Virus record (IMG/VR): IMGVR_UViG_3300042923_001154
Span: 1 to 53,602 of that record
From: a virus
Taxonomy: Duplodnaviria; Caudoviricetes
Length of the DNA: 53,602 nt
Reading direction: 5' to 3' (one strand)
The first letter of the stretch is position 1. Every line of letters begins with the position of its first letter. Below, one piece after another: positions 26,261 to 36,632 of this stretch. The notes beneath the pieces are model-generated. The model saw only the letters and a program-made list of their open reading frames with translations. It searched no databases and was not told where the DNA came from. Position numbers and translations under genes: made by a program.

Positions 26261-26581
26261 ATGATTAAATTAGTTAGAGGACGCTTCGGACCTAAGTTAT
26301 TAGGTCCGGGCTCTATTCTTAATCTGGATAAATCCACTGAACAGAGATTGGTAAGCAGTAAGGTTGCAGTATTTGTTGGTGAAGATGATTCGGAAGACCA
26401 TAACGCAGATAGTGAACCAGGAATTAAAACAGCTGACCAGATCAAGAAAATAAGGTCTAAAAAAGGACTTGTTGATTATGCAGCGAGCATAGGTCTTCAT
26501 ACCTTAGATGAAGCCTCCTCCAAAGAGTCATTAATCGATGCTATCATCAATTACCAGGAAGAACATTTAGGCGAGGAGTAG
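26261..26581 (+). CDS. Hypothetical head-associated protein (FI-like position)
   Basis: RBS; directly follows the capsid gene. Confidence 0.6.
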   Translation: MIKLVRGRFGPKLLGPGSILNLDKSTEQRLVSSKVAVFVGEDDSEDHNADSEPGIKTADQIKKIRSKKGLVDYAASIGLHTLDEASSKESLIDAIINYQEEHLGEE

Positions 26582-26586
26582 ATTTT

Positions 26587-26898
26587 ATGAGCTTTAAGGA
26601 TTCAGCAATCAATGATTTAAATATTTTCTTTAATACAGATGAATTCGCAGAAGAATGCACATGGAATAAGCTGAGCATTAAAGCTATTATCGATGATGAT
26701 TCACTCATTAGAAAATATTCTGCTGAATTCTCCTCATTATCTCAGGGATCTCATCTGATATATGTTACAGAAAGTCAGTTTGTTAAGATACCATATGTAA
26801 GTGAAGTTGTTGTATTCAACAATAACACCTATACAATTGATGAGATTAAGCGTGAGCTTGGTATGTTAGTCATTTTTCTGGATTGTGGGCGTGGTTAA
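26587..26898 (+). CDS. Head-tail joining protein (FII-like)
   Basis: MSFKD....DL..FFN.DEFAE; position. Confidence 0.65.
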   Translation: MSFKDSAINDLNIFFNTDEFAEECTWNKLSIKAIIDDDSLIRKYSAEFSSLSQGSHLIYVTESQFVKIPYVSEVVVFNNNTYTIDEIKRELGMLVIFLDCGRG

Positions 26899-27504
26899 AT
26901 GGTAAAAATCAATACGAAGATAGACACTCCTTTCTTTGATCAGCTTAAAACGGTATCAACTCTAGGAGGTAAGAAAGCTATGAGTATGGCAATTAATGAC
27001 TCCTTGAAGACTGGTAAGACAGCTCTTAAGAGAGAAATTTCCCAAAAATATAATATTAAGCAGTCGGATGTTGATAAGAACTCCAAAGTAGTAAGATCAT
27101 CGATTGCCAAGGTTAATGATGGGAAAATTGTTGTTGCCAGTAGGCTTCTTACGGTTGGTACCAGTACTCATTTTAGCATTACACCAAAGCAATATGCCTC
27201 ACAGAAAGGTGTTAAGGTCAGGAAGAGGAAAATTGTTACCGCTACAATTAAGAAGCAACAGAAAAAGCAAGTCAAAGGTGCATTCATAGCTAATCCGGCA
27301 TCTGTCAAAGGTGGAAACACTATGCTATGGCTTCGTATGGGTGGGAAAAACAGAGGAATAAAACCGCTTAAGACCATATCTATACCGCAGATGGCATCGA
27401 AAAAGGAAGTATATAAGCCGGTTCAAAAGAGTATGGTGGACAAATATAATAATCGCTTTGATCACTATATGAGCAGAAATCTGGATAAGGTGAAAGGAAG
27501 TTAA
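26899..27504 (+). CDS. Minor tail/neck protein (gpZ-like)
   Basis: Highly basic, SIPQM motif; position. Confidence 0.65.
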   Translation: MVKINTKIDTPFFDQLKTVSTLGGKKAMSMAINDSLKTGKTALKREISQKYNIKQSDVDKNSKVVRSSIAKVNDGKIVVASRLLTVGTSTHFSITPKQYASQKGVKVRKRKIVTATIKKQQKKQVKGAFIANPASVKGGNTMLWLRMGGKNRGIKPLKTISIPQMASKKEVYKPVQKSMVDKYNNRFDHYMSRNLDKVKGS

Positions 27505-27506
27505 TC

Positions 27507-28073
27507 ATGGCATCTACAACATTGAAAATATTACATGAATATCAGGAGTTTATAGAAAAGAAGCTTCAAGATGATGACTATAAGTTAGTTAAGGCTCCTC
27601 CTATTGATAAACAGGGTGTGGTAAAACCAGAATTTGTGATACCTCCTGTTATTATTGGATGTCTTCCACATGCTAACTTTTCGTTATATGGAGCAGAGAA
27701 TATGTTTTTCCAAGCTCCATATATCATGATTGGATTTGATGAGAGTACGATAGGTGATGATGAAACAAGTATTCAACTACTTATTCAAGCATGTTGTTAT
27801 TCGTCTGCTTCATATGTAACAGATGAAAGCAATGCACTGTATGATCTAGATATTCCGGATAATAAATCCTTTGAGGATTGTGTGAATTTGCTGGAGTGGA
27901 TTAAGCAGAAACTGTTAGATGAAGCGGTTATAGCTGGATCAGCTATTGAAAAGCCGGTAAGACTGGGAACTTATAATTCAAAGGAATTGACATATCCTTA
28001 TTCTTTTGGATATTTAAGTTTCCAGGTTAATTCAGTAAGACACGAGATAAACAGAAATAAATTTTATAATTAG
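27507..28073 (+). CDS. Tail completion/terminator-like protein
   Basis: Acidic protein immediately before the sheath gene. Confidence 0.55.
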   Translation: MASTTLKILHEYQEFIEKKLQDDDYKLVKAPPIDKQGVVKPEFVIPPVIIGCLPHANFSLYGAENMFFQAPYIMIGFDESTIGDDETSIQLLIQACCYSSASYVTDESNALYDLDIPDNKSFEDCVNLLEWIKQKLLDEAVIAGSAIEKPVRLGTYNSKELTYPYSFGYLSFQVNSVRHEINRNKFYN

Positions 28074-28084
28074 GAGGTAAGAAA

Positions 28085-29536
28085 ATGTCAAGAGGTATTA
28101 ATGCGGTTCAACAAGACAGCGAATTACTTGACCTTGAAAAAGGTTCATTAATTCCTTGTTATATCGGATCAGCTCCATATTGGCAGGTCGACAATCCGAA
28201 CTGGGCAGATATCAAAGGGAAAGCTTTTGTAATCTCCAGCTTATCAGATGCTAAGGCTAAGATAGGCTTTTATAAACCTTCATCAGGTAAGTGGAATAAG
28301 GAATTCTCACTAGATGAGGCGGTATATGCTCACTTTGGTAATAAGAATAATGCTGTCGGACCTATCATAGTCCTTGTGAATGCAGCTTCAATTAGCTTAG
28401 CAGTAGAAGCATCTTCAGAAAACGTTGCTATATCTAATGGTGTTGGTTTACTAGATGTTAGTGGTAAAGCAGTACTTAACACGGTTGCAATTGCAGGTAA
28501 AACAAAGGGAGTGGATTATACAGCGGTTTACGATGCCAACGGTCAATCTATCTTGATTACGGATATCGGTAATACACTTGGTGGGAGTGCTACTGTTACA
28601 TACAAGGAAGTAACCGGTTTGGATGAATTGGTAATGGCATCTACAACATTTGATGCAATTGATTACTTCGAGCAGACGATTGGCAATGTACCGGCTGTCT
28701 TTGCAGCTCCTTGGTGGGAGGATGAATTTGTTAATGGAATAGCTGGTTCAACTGTAGGTGATAAGCTGAAAGAATTGGCTGAAGGGCAGATTAATGGTCA
28801 TTGGTATACTCAGGCATATGCTCAATTATCATCAAGTGCAAGAACTGATGTTGCCAGTGAGAAAGCCACGAAGGGTTATGATAGCCCTAAATTAAAAATC
28901 TGCTGGCCTTATGTAAGAAAGAATGGTCTAATCTATTCCTTAGTCACTAGATTTATTGTGGCGAAGATGAAGGTTGATATCAGCAATGATAATATTCCCT
29001 ATGAATCAGCTTCAAATGAGATAATCGACATTGAAGGTCTTTGCGATTCATCCGGTACGATTATTCTTCAGAGTGAAAAGGCTGCAAATTCTTTGAATGA
29101 AATTGGTGTGGCGACGTGTAATTTTGCATCCGGCTCCTGGCGCACTTGGGGTGTATGTATGTCTAATTATCTTGAGAGCAACAAGGACAACATTCTTCCT
29201 GAGAATTTGAACGATGTTGCTGTACAGATGAGAGATTATGTGTGCAATGACTTCCAGGTAGCTAATTTTGAGCATATTGATAAACCAATTCCAACGAGGA
29301 AGGCAAAAGAAATCGTCGATGATTACCAAGTGATTTTGAATACATTGGTGAATGCAGGGGCATTGCTGTTCGGAAGTATTTCGTTTAAGGCTTCTGAAAA
29401 TCTCATCAGCGCACTTGCCAACGGTGAATTCGTTTTCAATATTGCTGAGACCAACACTCCTCCCGGTAAGAGTATTACAGGAAAAGTGCAATATACTCCA
29501 ACCGGGCTGGACAGCTATTTTAATGAGGAGGTATAA
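28085..29536 (+). CDS. Contractile tail sheath protein
   Basis: YIGSAP N-terminus, PYESASN, ANSLNEIGV...WRTWG, TPPGKSI. Confidence 0.85.
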   Translation: MSRGINAVQQDSELLDLEKGSLIPCYIGSAPYWQVDNPNWADIKGKAFVISSLSDAKAKIGFYKPSSGKWNKEFSLDEAVYAHFGNKNNAVGPIIVLVNAASISLAVEASSENVAISNGVGLLDVSGKAVLNTVAIAGKTKGVDYTAVYDANGQSILITDIGNTLGGSATVTYKEVTGLDELVMASTTFDAIDYFEQTIGNVPAVFAAPWWEDEFVNGIAGSTVGDKLKELAEGQINGHWYTQAYAQLSSSARTDVASEKATKGYDSPKLKICWPYVRKNGLIYSLVTRFIVAKMKVDISNDNIPYESASNEIIDIEGLCDSSGTIILQSEKAANSLNEIGVATCNFASGSWRTWGVCMSNYLESNKDNILPENLNDVAVQMRDYVCNDFQVANFEHIDKPIPTRKAKEIVDDYQVILNTLVNAGALLFGSISFKASENLISALANGEFVFNIAETNTPPGKSITGKVQYTPTGLDSYFNEEV

Positions 29537-29541
29537 GGCGA

Positions 29542-30069
29542 ATGAAGCAGTATGCTAATAAGGTTGTCGATCTTTATCCCACGATAAAGAAGAACGGTAA
29601 GTATATTGAAATTGAGGATGTAACGAGCTTTTCTACACCGGAGGTTGCGTTTGCAGACGGAGAGGTAGCCGGAGCAGGTATATTGGGTACCGTTAATATC
29701 CCGGACATCTATAATATTGATGCAATGGAATCGTCCATCACCGCTAAATCTTTTAGTAATGGTGTGATAGCTGCTATTAATCCAGATGGTATTGATCTAA
29801 GACTTAATTGGGCAGTTGATAATGTAAGCGGTTCCGGGGCATCCTCTTTCACTGCCTATACGGCTACCATTAAGGGAAGACCCAAGAACATTCCTGCAGC
29901 TGAGGCAACCAAGGGCGAGGGGATGGAGGTCACAGTTAATATTGCTACCAGCTATTATAAGCTTGTAAAAGACGGTCAAGTAATACATGAGATTGATCCT
30001 CTGAATAATAAGCTGGTGATCAACGGAGTTGATTATGCAAAGAAATTAAACTCCGCTCTTAATAAATAA
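29542..30069 (+). CDS. Tail tube protein (P2 FII-like)
   Basis: GAGILG...YYKL..DG...EIDPLN....NGVD. Confidence 0.88.
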   Translation: MKQYANKVVDLYPTIKKNGKYIEIEDVTSFSTPEVAFADGEVAGAGILGTVNIPDIYNIDAMESSITAKSFSNGVIAAINPDGIDLRLNWAVDNVSGSGASSFTAYTATIKGRPKNIPAAEATKGEGMEVTVNIATSYYKLVKDGQVIHEIDPLNNKLVINGVDYAKKLNSALNK

Positions 30070-30093
30070 TACACGATAAAATGGAGGTTAGTT

Positions 30094-30477
30094 ATGAAAG
30101 ACGATAATGAGTTATTAGAACCGGTAGAGGATGAGAATGATACCACCATAGTTACTGATGATGAGAAGGTATCCGGCATCCTTAAGCTCTCAAAGCCATT
30201 CGATGTAAATGGTGAGAAGATCTCTCAGATTGAGTTTGATCTTGACTCGGTAAAGCCAATTCAATATATCAATCTGATCGCTAGATTGAGCAAAAAAGAA
30301 GAAATATCCGTTCCTGAACTTAACATTAATGTTCAGATCGGGTATTTTTCTTTAGCTTGTGGGATCCCTGTATCTGATCTTAAGAGAATGCCTAGCACTA
30401 AGGATTTCTCTGTTGCATGTTCAAAGGTACGAAGTTTTTTGCTAGGAGCATCGGATACGGAGAACACGGAGGAGTAA
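30094..30477 (+). CDS. Tail assembly chaperone (gpE/G-like)
   Basis: Between tube and tape measure genes; ends at a slippery TTTTTTG. Confidence 0.8.
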   Translation: MKDDNELLEPVEDENDTTIVTDDEKVSGILKLSKPFDVNGEKISQIEFDLDSVKPIQYINLIARLSKKEEISVPELNINVQIGYFSLACGIPVSDLKRMPSTKDFSVACSKVRSFLLGASDTENTEE

Positions 30478-30653
30478 ATTTTGTTAAGACCGTAGCTGGT
30501 ACAATCACTATGGACACATCAACCGATTATATGACTGCACTTGATATGCCGATTGGCTTGTTTTTAGATTGCTATAACACATTGGCTATGATATCTGAAA
30601 AGCGAGATGAGGAGCTTAAGAGAAGTATTGAAGCAGTCAAAAACAAGAAATAA
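30435..30653 (+). CDS. -1 frameshift extension of the tail chaperone (E+E'/GT-like)
   Basis: T-TTT-TTG at 30435-30441; the -1 frame is open to 30653. Confidence 0.72.
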   Translation, partial: FFARSIGYGEHGGVNFVKTVAGTITMDTSTDYMTALDMPIGLFLDCYNTLAMISEKRDEELKRSIEAVKNKK

Positions 30654-30665
30654 GGTGGTGTAAAT

Positions 30666-32930
30666 TTGGCTAAAGGAAAAGAACTCAGTACGAATATAAC
30701 TCTACGTGGTAAAGTTGATCCTAGTCTTAACAAAGCACTCAGTGATACAAAGTCTAAAGCCAGTAATGCTGCAAGGGCAATGAGCAAGAGTCTTTCTAAG
30801 AATATGACTGATGGCACCAGAATAGCTACGAAAGCAATGACAAAATCATTGAAATCAGTGGCTATAGGTGCTGTTAAGATATTCGGAGCTATAAAGGCTT
30901 TGGCAGGGCTCAAGAATTATGCATCGGAGACTATTACTGCAGCAAAGGCTCAGCTGGAAGTCCAAACGAAGTTATCTTCCGTACTTGAGAATGTTAAATC
31001 AATTCAGATCAGGGGACCTAATGCAGCTGCTGAAGCAGCAAAAGAGTTACAGAATGTCGCAGACGCTCTTGAGAAGACAGGTGTTATCGGATCTGATGTT
31101 ACTATGGCCGGTATGCAGCAATTAGCTACATATCAATTATCAGAGAAAGAAATATCAGTGTTATCCGGCGGAATGGCAGATTTATTAGCTCAGCAAAAGG
31201 GGTTGAATGCTTCTCAAAGTGATGCGGTATCTATCGGTAATTTGATTGGCAAAGCAATGAGCGGAAATGTTGGAGCTTTATCTAAGGTTGGTATTTCTTT
31301 CTCAGAAGCTCAGGCAAAAGCAATTAAGACCGGCGATGCTACACTTAGAGCAGCTACAATAGCCGAAGTATTAAAGGACAATGTTGGAGGGGTTAATAAG
31401 GCTTTAGGAGAAACAGATCAAGGGCAATTACTGCAATCTAAAAATACTTTTGATGAAATAAAAGAGGAACTTGGGTATTTTCTTCTTCCTCTTATGAATC
31501 AATTTGTCAAGGGTGTTTTGCCTTATGTAAAGACCGGTCTCGAAAAGCTGAAGGGAGTATTAGATAAACTTAGTCCGATTATCGGTAAGATATTAACAAA
31601 TGGATTTGAACGTTTTTCAACTGTTTTACCAGTGATCATGGATGTTATCTCGGATATTTTACCTATAATAACTCAATTTATTACACCAATGGGCGGATTA
31701 AAGCAACTGCTTCCAGTAATTATAAGTGCTATTCAGATGTTGCTCCCGGTAATAAAATCCCTTCTTCCGACAATTATCAACCTGGTTCAAAAAGTGTTAC
31801 CTGTTCTAGTTACAATTTTTCAGAATTTCATACCTTTAATTGCAAATATCGTGAAAGAAATTGCTCCTTTGGTTGTAACATTGATGGATGCACTTATTCC
31901 AGCATTTGAAACACTGATTCCGCCGGTCATTGATATTATATCGAATATCATGCCTGTGCTTATTTCGTTGTTTAAAATGTTAATTCCATTTATTACTAAG
32001 CTTGTATCACAGATTGCTCCTTTAGTTATGGTTATCGCAGGAGCTCTAATGCCGGCATTTCAAGCCTTATTGCCACCTATCATGACTTTGATTGAGTCAC
32101 TACTACCTGTGTTGATGACTTTATTTGAATCTGTATTCTCAGTGATTCAATCGTTGGCACCTGTTATTTCAGTCGTAGCACAAGTATTATCAGCTCTATT
32201 AGGTGCAGCAATAAAAACGCTCATTCCAATAATACAAGGTATCATAGGATATTTTACAAATTTAATTGATACTTGGAAATCTATGATAGACTTTGTGGTA
32301 AATATTTTCACAGGCAATTGGTCAGCTGCATGGCAGAATGTAAAAGATATTTTCTCTGGTATATTTAGTGGATTTGTGGATATTGCAAAGGCACCACTTA
32401 ATCTGATTATTGGATTAATCAACTCAGCTATCAATAACATTAATGGACTTACAGGTATTATTAACAAGATCCCTGGAGTGGAGATTGGTCAAATACCTCA
32501 AATACCTTATCTTGCAAAAGGTGCAACGGTAACAGCTCCTACACTTGCCATGATAGGCGAAGGTAAAGTGCCTGAGACAGTGGTACCTCATAATAATACC
32601 AAGAGATCTAGAGCATTACTAGCCGAGGCTGCAAGGGGTGTTGGTATGAAAACCAATGAAACTCCAATGCTATCAATCGTCAATAGTATAAATAGCTCTC
32701 TTTCTTATTTTGCGAACTATATCAGCAGCATGAATAAGAAAAAACCGGCTCCTGGTGATGGCGATACGACAAATAATAGTAATAGCAAAGTATATCATTT
32801 CTATTATTCTCCTGTTGTCACTGCGAAAGATGCATCCGGTGTTAAAGAAGTACTTGAGGATGAATTTGAGAAGTTCAAAGCCTTCGTTAAGCAGCTGAAG
32901 GATGAAGAAGGAAGAGAGGTGTTTGCTTAA
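30666..32930 (+). CDS. Tail tape measure protein
   Basis: 754 aa, helical, Pro-punctuated amphipathic repeats, FTGNWSAAW, LAKGA...GEG..PE.VVP. Confidence 0.92.
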   Translation: MAKGKELSTNITLRGKVDPSLNKALSDTKSKASNAARAMSKSLSKNMTDGTRIATKAMTKSLKSVAIGAVKIFGAIKALAGLKNYASETITAAKAQLEVQTKLSSVLENVKSIQIRGPNAAAEAAKELQNVADALEKTGVIGSDVTMAGMQQLATYQLSEKEISVLSGGMADLLAQQKGLNASQSDAVSIGNLIGKAMSGNVGALSKVGISFSEAQAKAIKTGDATLRAATIAEVLKDNVGGVNKALGETDQGQLLQSKNTFDEIKEELGYFLLPLMNQFVKGVLPYVKTGLEKLKGVLDKLSPIIGKILTNGFERFSTVLPVIMDVISDILPIITQFITPMGGLKQLLPVIISAIQMLLPVIKSLLPTIINLVQKVLPVLVTIFQNFIPLIANIVKEIAPLVVTLMDALIPAFETLIPPVIDIISNIMPVLISLFKMLIPFITKLVSQIAPLVMVIAGALMPAFQALLPPIMTLIESLLPVLMTLFESVFSVIQSLAPVISVVAQVLSALLGAAIKTLIPIIQGIIGYFTNLIDTWKSMIDFVVNIFTGNWSAAWQNVKDIFSGIFSGFVDIAKAPLNLIIGLINSAINNINGLTGIINKIPGVEIGQIPQIPYLAKGATVTAPTLAMIGEGKVPETVVPHNNTKRSRALLAEAARGVGMKTNETPMLSIVNSINSSLSYFANYISSMNKKKPAPGDGDTTNNSNSKVYHFYYSPVVTAKDASGVKEVLEDEFEKFKAFVKQLKDEEGREVFA

Positions 32931-33130
32931 TGAGTGAGTATGTAGCAGTTCAAGGCGATACATGGGACCTGATCTCATTCAAATACTATGGTAGCGAATA
33001 TCATATATCTGAGTTAATGCTTAAAAATCCTGATCATGTGGATGTTGTAGTATTTGACGGTGGCGAGAAACTGAAAATACCTGCGTTAAGTATTACGGAT
33101 ACATCATTACTTGCTCCATGGAGGCGATAA
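32930..33130 (+). CDS. Tail protein X (LysM-like)
   Basis: QGDTWDLISFKYYGSE...LAPWRR. Confidence 0.88.
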   Translation: MSEYVAVQGDTWDLISFKYYGSEYHISELMLKNPDHVDVVVFDGGEKLKIPALSITDTSLLAPWRR

Positions 33131-33131
33131 T

Positions 33132-34061
33132 ATGGCTCATAAATTAATTATTAAGGATGTAGATATCTCTTTATCAAATCAATCCATTCGAACAAGTAAA
33201 TATACCGATTATGCTGGAGGACATGCAGATGTCCTCCAGATTGTTTTTAATGACACTTTTGATCAATGGCGAAAATGGGATCTTGCGAAAAACGATAAGA
33301 TTCGAATTATAACCGATAAAATTGATACCGGAGATATGTACGCAAGCAGTATCAAGCTTGATTTTGGAATGTATACCATAAGAGCCTTATCTACACCAGC
33401 GAAGTCATTAAATGAATTATCCAGCATACGTGAGAATATCAATTTATCTGAGGTTTTAAGTGAAATCAGCAGGGAATTAGGCTTTGAATTGGTCACTTAT
33501 AACATTACAGATTACCGATACTTGTATTTGGAGAGAGTTAATCTCAATCCATTCACATATTTAGAAGAGATACTTCAGAAAGAAGGATATCTTCAGAAAA
33601 TATATAATAATAAGTTAATCGTGTATTCTGAAAAGATACTCGAAAAAATAGAACCTTTGGTCAAAGTTGCTTACGAGGATTTTATTAACCCTCCAAGCCT
33701 TAACACATCGGATGCGGAATTATTGGCATCAGTTGAAAATATCTATCAAAGTCGAGATGGGGTTATTAAAAGCAAAGTATTGTCTGGGCTTAACGGTAGA
33801 AATAGAACATTTCACTTTCCTGTGGATAGCATTGGTGAAGGAGAGCGGTTTTGTACAAATATCATGAGATATATTAATAAGAATGAGTACAACGGCTCCG
33901 GCACCATATCTGGAAGTAGTATCACTGCAGGAATAACAATAGATTTGAATGGTGATTTCTCTGAGTGGCAGGGTAAGAACTTTGTATATGAAGTTATCCA
34001 TGATCTCATTTATGATCGACAAACAATCAAATTCAGAAAGCCAATTATGGGTGATTATTAA
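33132..34061 (+). CDS. Baseplate hub / late control D-like protein
   Basis: Position and size; YTD...GHAD.L.I motif. Confidence 0.75.
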   Translation: MAHKLIIKDVDISLSNQSIRTSKYTDYAGGHADVLQIVFNDTFDQWRKWDLAKNDKIRIITDKIDTGDMYASSIKLDFGMYTIRALSTPAKSLNELSSIRENINLSEVLSEISRELGFELVTYNITDYRYLYLERVNLNPFTYLEEILQKEGYLQKIYNNKLIVYSEKILEKIEPLVKVAYEDFINPPSLNTSDAELLASVENIYQSRDGVIKSKVLSGLNGRNRTFHFPVDSIGEGERFCTNIMRYINKNEYNGSGTISGSSITAGITIDLNGDFSEWQGKNFVYEVIHDLIYDRQTIKFRKPIMGDY

Positions 34062-34255
34062 TGGTGAAGCTTGGTAAGGTTGCTGTAATTGAAGGAAGTA
34101 AAGCGAAAATTGTATTTGAAGATATTAATCAAATGACGCCTTTGATAGACATAGCATCACATGTAGTAGGATTACAGGTAGATAAAACTGTAGTAGTAGC
34201 TATTTTTGATGATAATAATCTACGAAATGGTGTAGTGATAGGAGTGATAGAATAA
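34061..34255 (+). CDS. Short baseplate spike (gpV-like OB fold)
   Basis: G.V......AKIVFED...GVVIG. Confidence 0.6.
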   Translation: MVKLGKVAVIEGSKAKIVFEDINQMTPLIDIASHVVGLQVDKTVVVAIFDDNNLRNGVVIGVIE

Positions 34256-34686
34256 TGAAAATTGGAACCTTTGGACCCAAAGTATTTACTGTAACCGATA
34301 AGATTATTAATACCTTTAAAAATCTGGCCAGATCTTCAGGCTATAATGTCGAGGAAGAGGACAACGGAACTGGTAAGCCAAAACTAAAAAAGAAATCACC
34401 ATCTTTAGAAGCACTTTCTTTTGATATAGAATTAAGATCTGATTCCGCTGATGTAAGAAAAGAGATTGAGAGCTGGATTGGTCTTCAAGGTGAATCATAT
34501 TACTTTTTGGTTGGCAGAGAGAAAGTTGGATCAAATCAATGGATGCTAACTAATGTTGATACATCCAATATTGAATTCCTTCCTGGTGGAAAGATAAAGA
34601 AGGCATCATTAAGTCTAAGTCTCAAAGAGAATCCCATTACTACTAAGAATAGTACAGCAAAATCCACAAGAAATGCAAAGGGATAG
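34255..34686 (+). CDS. Tail protein (P2 gpU-like)
   Basis: IGTFG..VF.V...LSLKE. Confidence 0.72.
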   Translation: MKIGTFGPKVFTVTDKIINTFKNLARSSGYNVEEEDNGTGKPKLKKKSPSLEALSFDIELRSDSADVRKEIESWIGLQGESYYFLVGREKVGSNQWMLTNVDTSNIEFLPGGKIKKASLSLSLKENPITTKNSTAKSTRNAKG

Positions 34687-34694
34687 GTGATGAT

Positions 34695-34976
34695 ATGTTT
34701 CAGTGGGGTAATACATCTACAGAGCAGGAACGCATTGCTAAAAACGTTGCTAATCTATTGAATATTAGAAAGAATGAAGTATGTTTTGACAGAGGGTTAG
34801 GAGTTAACATAAATCTCCTTGATAAGACACAAAGTACGATTAATTCAAAGTTAATTACCGGTATTGTTGACATGATTTCTGAGAGAGAGCCAAGGGCTGA
34901 TTTAAATTTTGATGATCTTATTGATCTAAATGAGAACGGTGAATATGCATATAAGGCGGTGATTGGTATTGTATGA
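34695..34976 (+). CDS. Baseplate wedge protein (gpW/gp25-like)
   Basis: EVCFDRGLG...EREPRA. Confidence 0.75.
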   Translation: MFQWGNTSTEQERIAKNVANLLNIRKNEVCFDRGLGVNINLLDKTQSTINSKLITGIVDMISEREPRADLNFDDLIDLNENGEYAYKAVIGIV

Positions 34977-36072
34977 TTTTATTAAATTCGATGAAAGTGC
35001 AGTTTTGGAAGAGGCGATTGTGAAATATGAAGAGGCAACAAATACGATGCTTTTTGCCGGTGATGAGCGAAGAATTCTGCTTAATTCATTCATGTATATA
35101 GCTGCCGTGATCGCTGCTAAAGGAAATTATTTGGCGAATCAGTATTTTGCTCAGACAGCTGTTTTACCTTATCTCAGATATATTGGTGAGGGTAGATCAG
35201 TATTTCAGTTGGGAGCTGGTAAATCTCTTGTAACGATGAGGTTTAGCGTGCCCTCTGCAAAAGCATTTGATATAGAAGTACCTTCTGGAACGAGAGTTAC
35301 ACCAGATGGTACTCATTTTTTTGCCACTAAAGTAAATTATACACTTATGCAGGGTACATTGAGTATTGATATTCCATGTGAAGCAACCGTTCCCGGTAAA
35401 GCTCACGATGGTTTCACCCCTGGTTCAATAAATACTTTGGTGGATAATATTCCATACATCTCAAATGTTACAAATATTGATACAAGCTCCGGTGGATCAG
35501 AAGTTGAGGATATTGAAGATTATCGGGAAAGAATTATGTTGAAGCCTTATGGTTATAATACAGCAGGTGCTGAGGCAGCCTATATCTATCTAGTGAAAAC
35601 AGCTGACAGTTCAATAGGAAGCGTTACAGTAAAGAACGAACCATCTAGCTTACTAATCACTATTTTACATAAGGATGGCACTATACCGAGTGATCTTGTA
35701 GTTCAGAGGGTGTCAGATGCTCTCAATGCTAAAACGGTTCGACCACTCGCCGATCAGGTAACTGTTCAGAAGCCAACGATAGTTCCTTATAGCATATCAC
35801 TTTCTTATACAATCAGTGAAGATGATGCACCAAATATGGTTGAAATCAACTCCAAAATTATAGCAGCCGTAAGCGAATATGTAGCATATCAAGGAACTGA
35901 GATCGGTCGATCGATTAATCCGGATCTTCTGAAGAAATTCGTCTTAAATGCTGGAGCATATACAGTGAATATTACGAGCCCTGTGTTTACTGAAGTTAAT
36001 AAACAATCTGTTGCTCAGATCAATGGGAATCCGGTTATCACGTATGATGGGATTTATCAGGAGGCATTATGA
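34963..36072 (+). CDS. Baseplate J-like protein
   Basis: GGSEVED..DYRERI...TAG...AY...VRPLADQVTV. Confidence 0.9.
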   Translation: MVLYDFIKFDESAVLEEAIVKYEEATNTMLFAGDERRILLNSFMYIAAVIAAKGNYLANQYFAQTAVLPYLRYIGEGRSVFQLGAGKSLVTMRFSVPSAKAFDIEVPSGTRVTPDGTHFFATKVNYTLMQGTLSIDIPCEATVPGKAHDGFTPGSINTLVDNIPYISNVTNIDTSSGGSEVEDIEDYRERIMLKPYGYNTAGAEAAYIYLVKTADSSIGSVTVKNEPSSLLITILHKDGTIPSDLVVQRVSDALNAKTVRPLADQVTVQKPTIVPYSISLSYTISEDDAPNMVEINSKIIAAVSEYVAYQGTEIGRSINPDLLKKFVLNAGAYTVNITSPVFTEVNKQSVAQINGNPVITYDGIYQEAL

Positions 36073-36629
36073 AGCTAAATAATATTAGTATGATAGATGT
36101 CGTTCCTCCTTATATGCAAGAGGATACTACGGTTATAGGTCTCTGTGCAGCAGCCAATCACATTTTCAAAAGATTATATGAAGCCATGCAGAAAATTGAC
36201 TTTTATCAAAACCTAAATCTGCTTAATGAGGCTGACTTAGATTATATTGCTAAGATCAGAAACATTATCTGGTATGACAAAAGCAGTACGAAGGATGTAA
36301 AGATAAGTGTTATCAAAAATGCTGAGAAAGTATTCTGGAGCCTTGGAACTGTATCCGCAGTGGAGAGTGTAGTAGAGGACATAATTGGTGAATGCGATAT
36401 CATGGAATGGTTTCAATATGGTGGCGATCCATATCATTTCAAGATTGTTACTGATAATCCTCTGATATCTGGTGATGCAGTAAGTGCATTCAACTCAATA
36501 ATTCAGCATGTTAAAAGAAAGAGCGCAATTCTTGATGGAGTGGAGATATCGTTGGCTGCATCAATGATCTTCAATTTAGGTGCAGTTCTACATACTGGTG
36601 AAATTATAGAATTACGACAGGAGGGATGA
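36069..36629 (+). CDS. Tail protein I-like (baseplate)
   Basis: LD..A...GT..AVE...EWFQYGGDPYHF. Confidence 0.85.
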   Translation: MKLNNISMIDVVPPYMQEDTTVIGLCAAANHIFKRLYEAMQKIDFYQNLNLLNEADLDYIAKIRNIIWYDKSSTKDVKISVIKNAEKVFWSLGTVSAVESVVEDIIGECDIMEWFQYGGDPYHFKIVTDNPLISGDAVSAFNSIIQHVKRKSAILDGVEISLAASMIFNLGAVLHTGEIIELRQEG

Positions 36630-36632
36630 TAA

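Noticed and set aside
31560-32300. Periodic hydrophobic Pro-rich stretch as a novel membrane repeat protein
   Set aside because: It is the ordinary repeat region of the tape measure protein.
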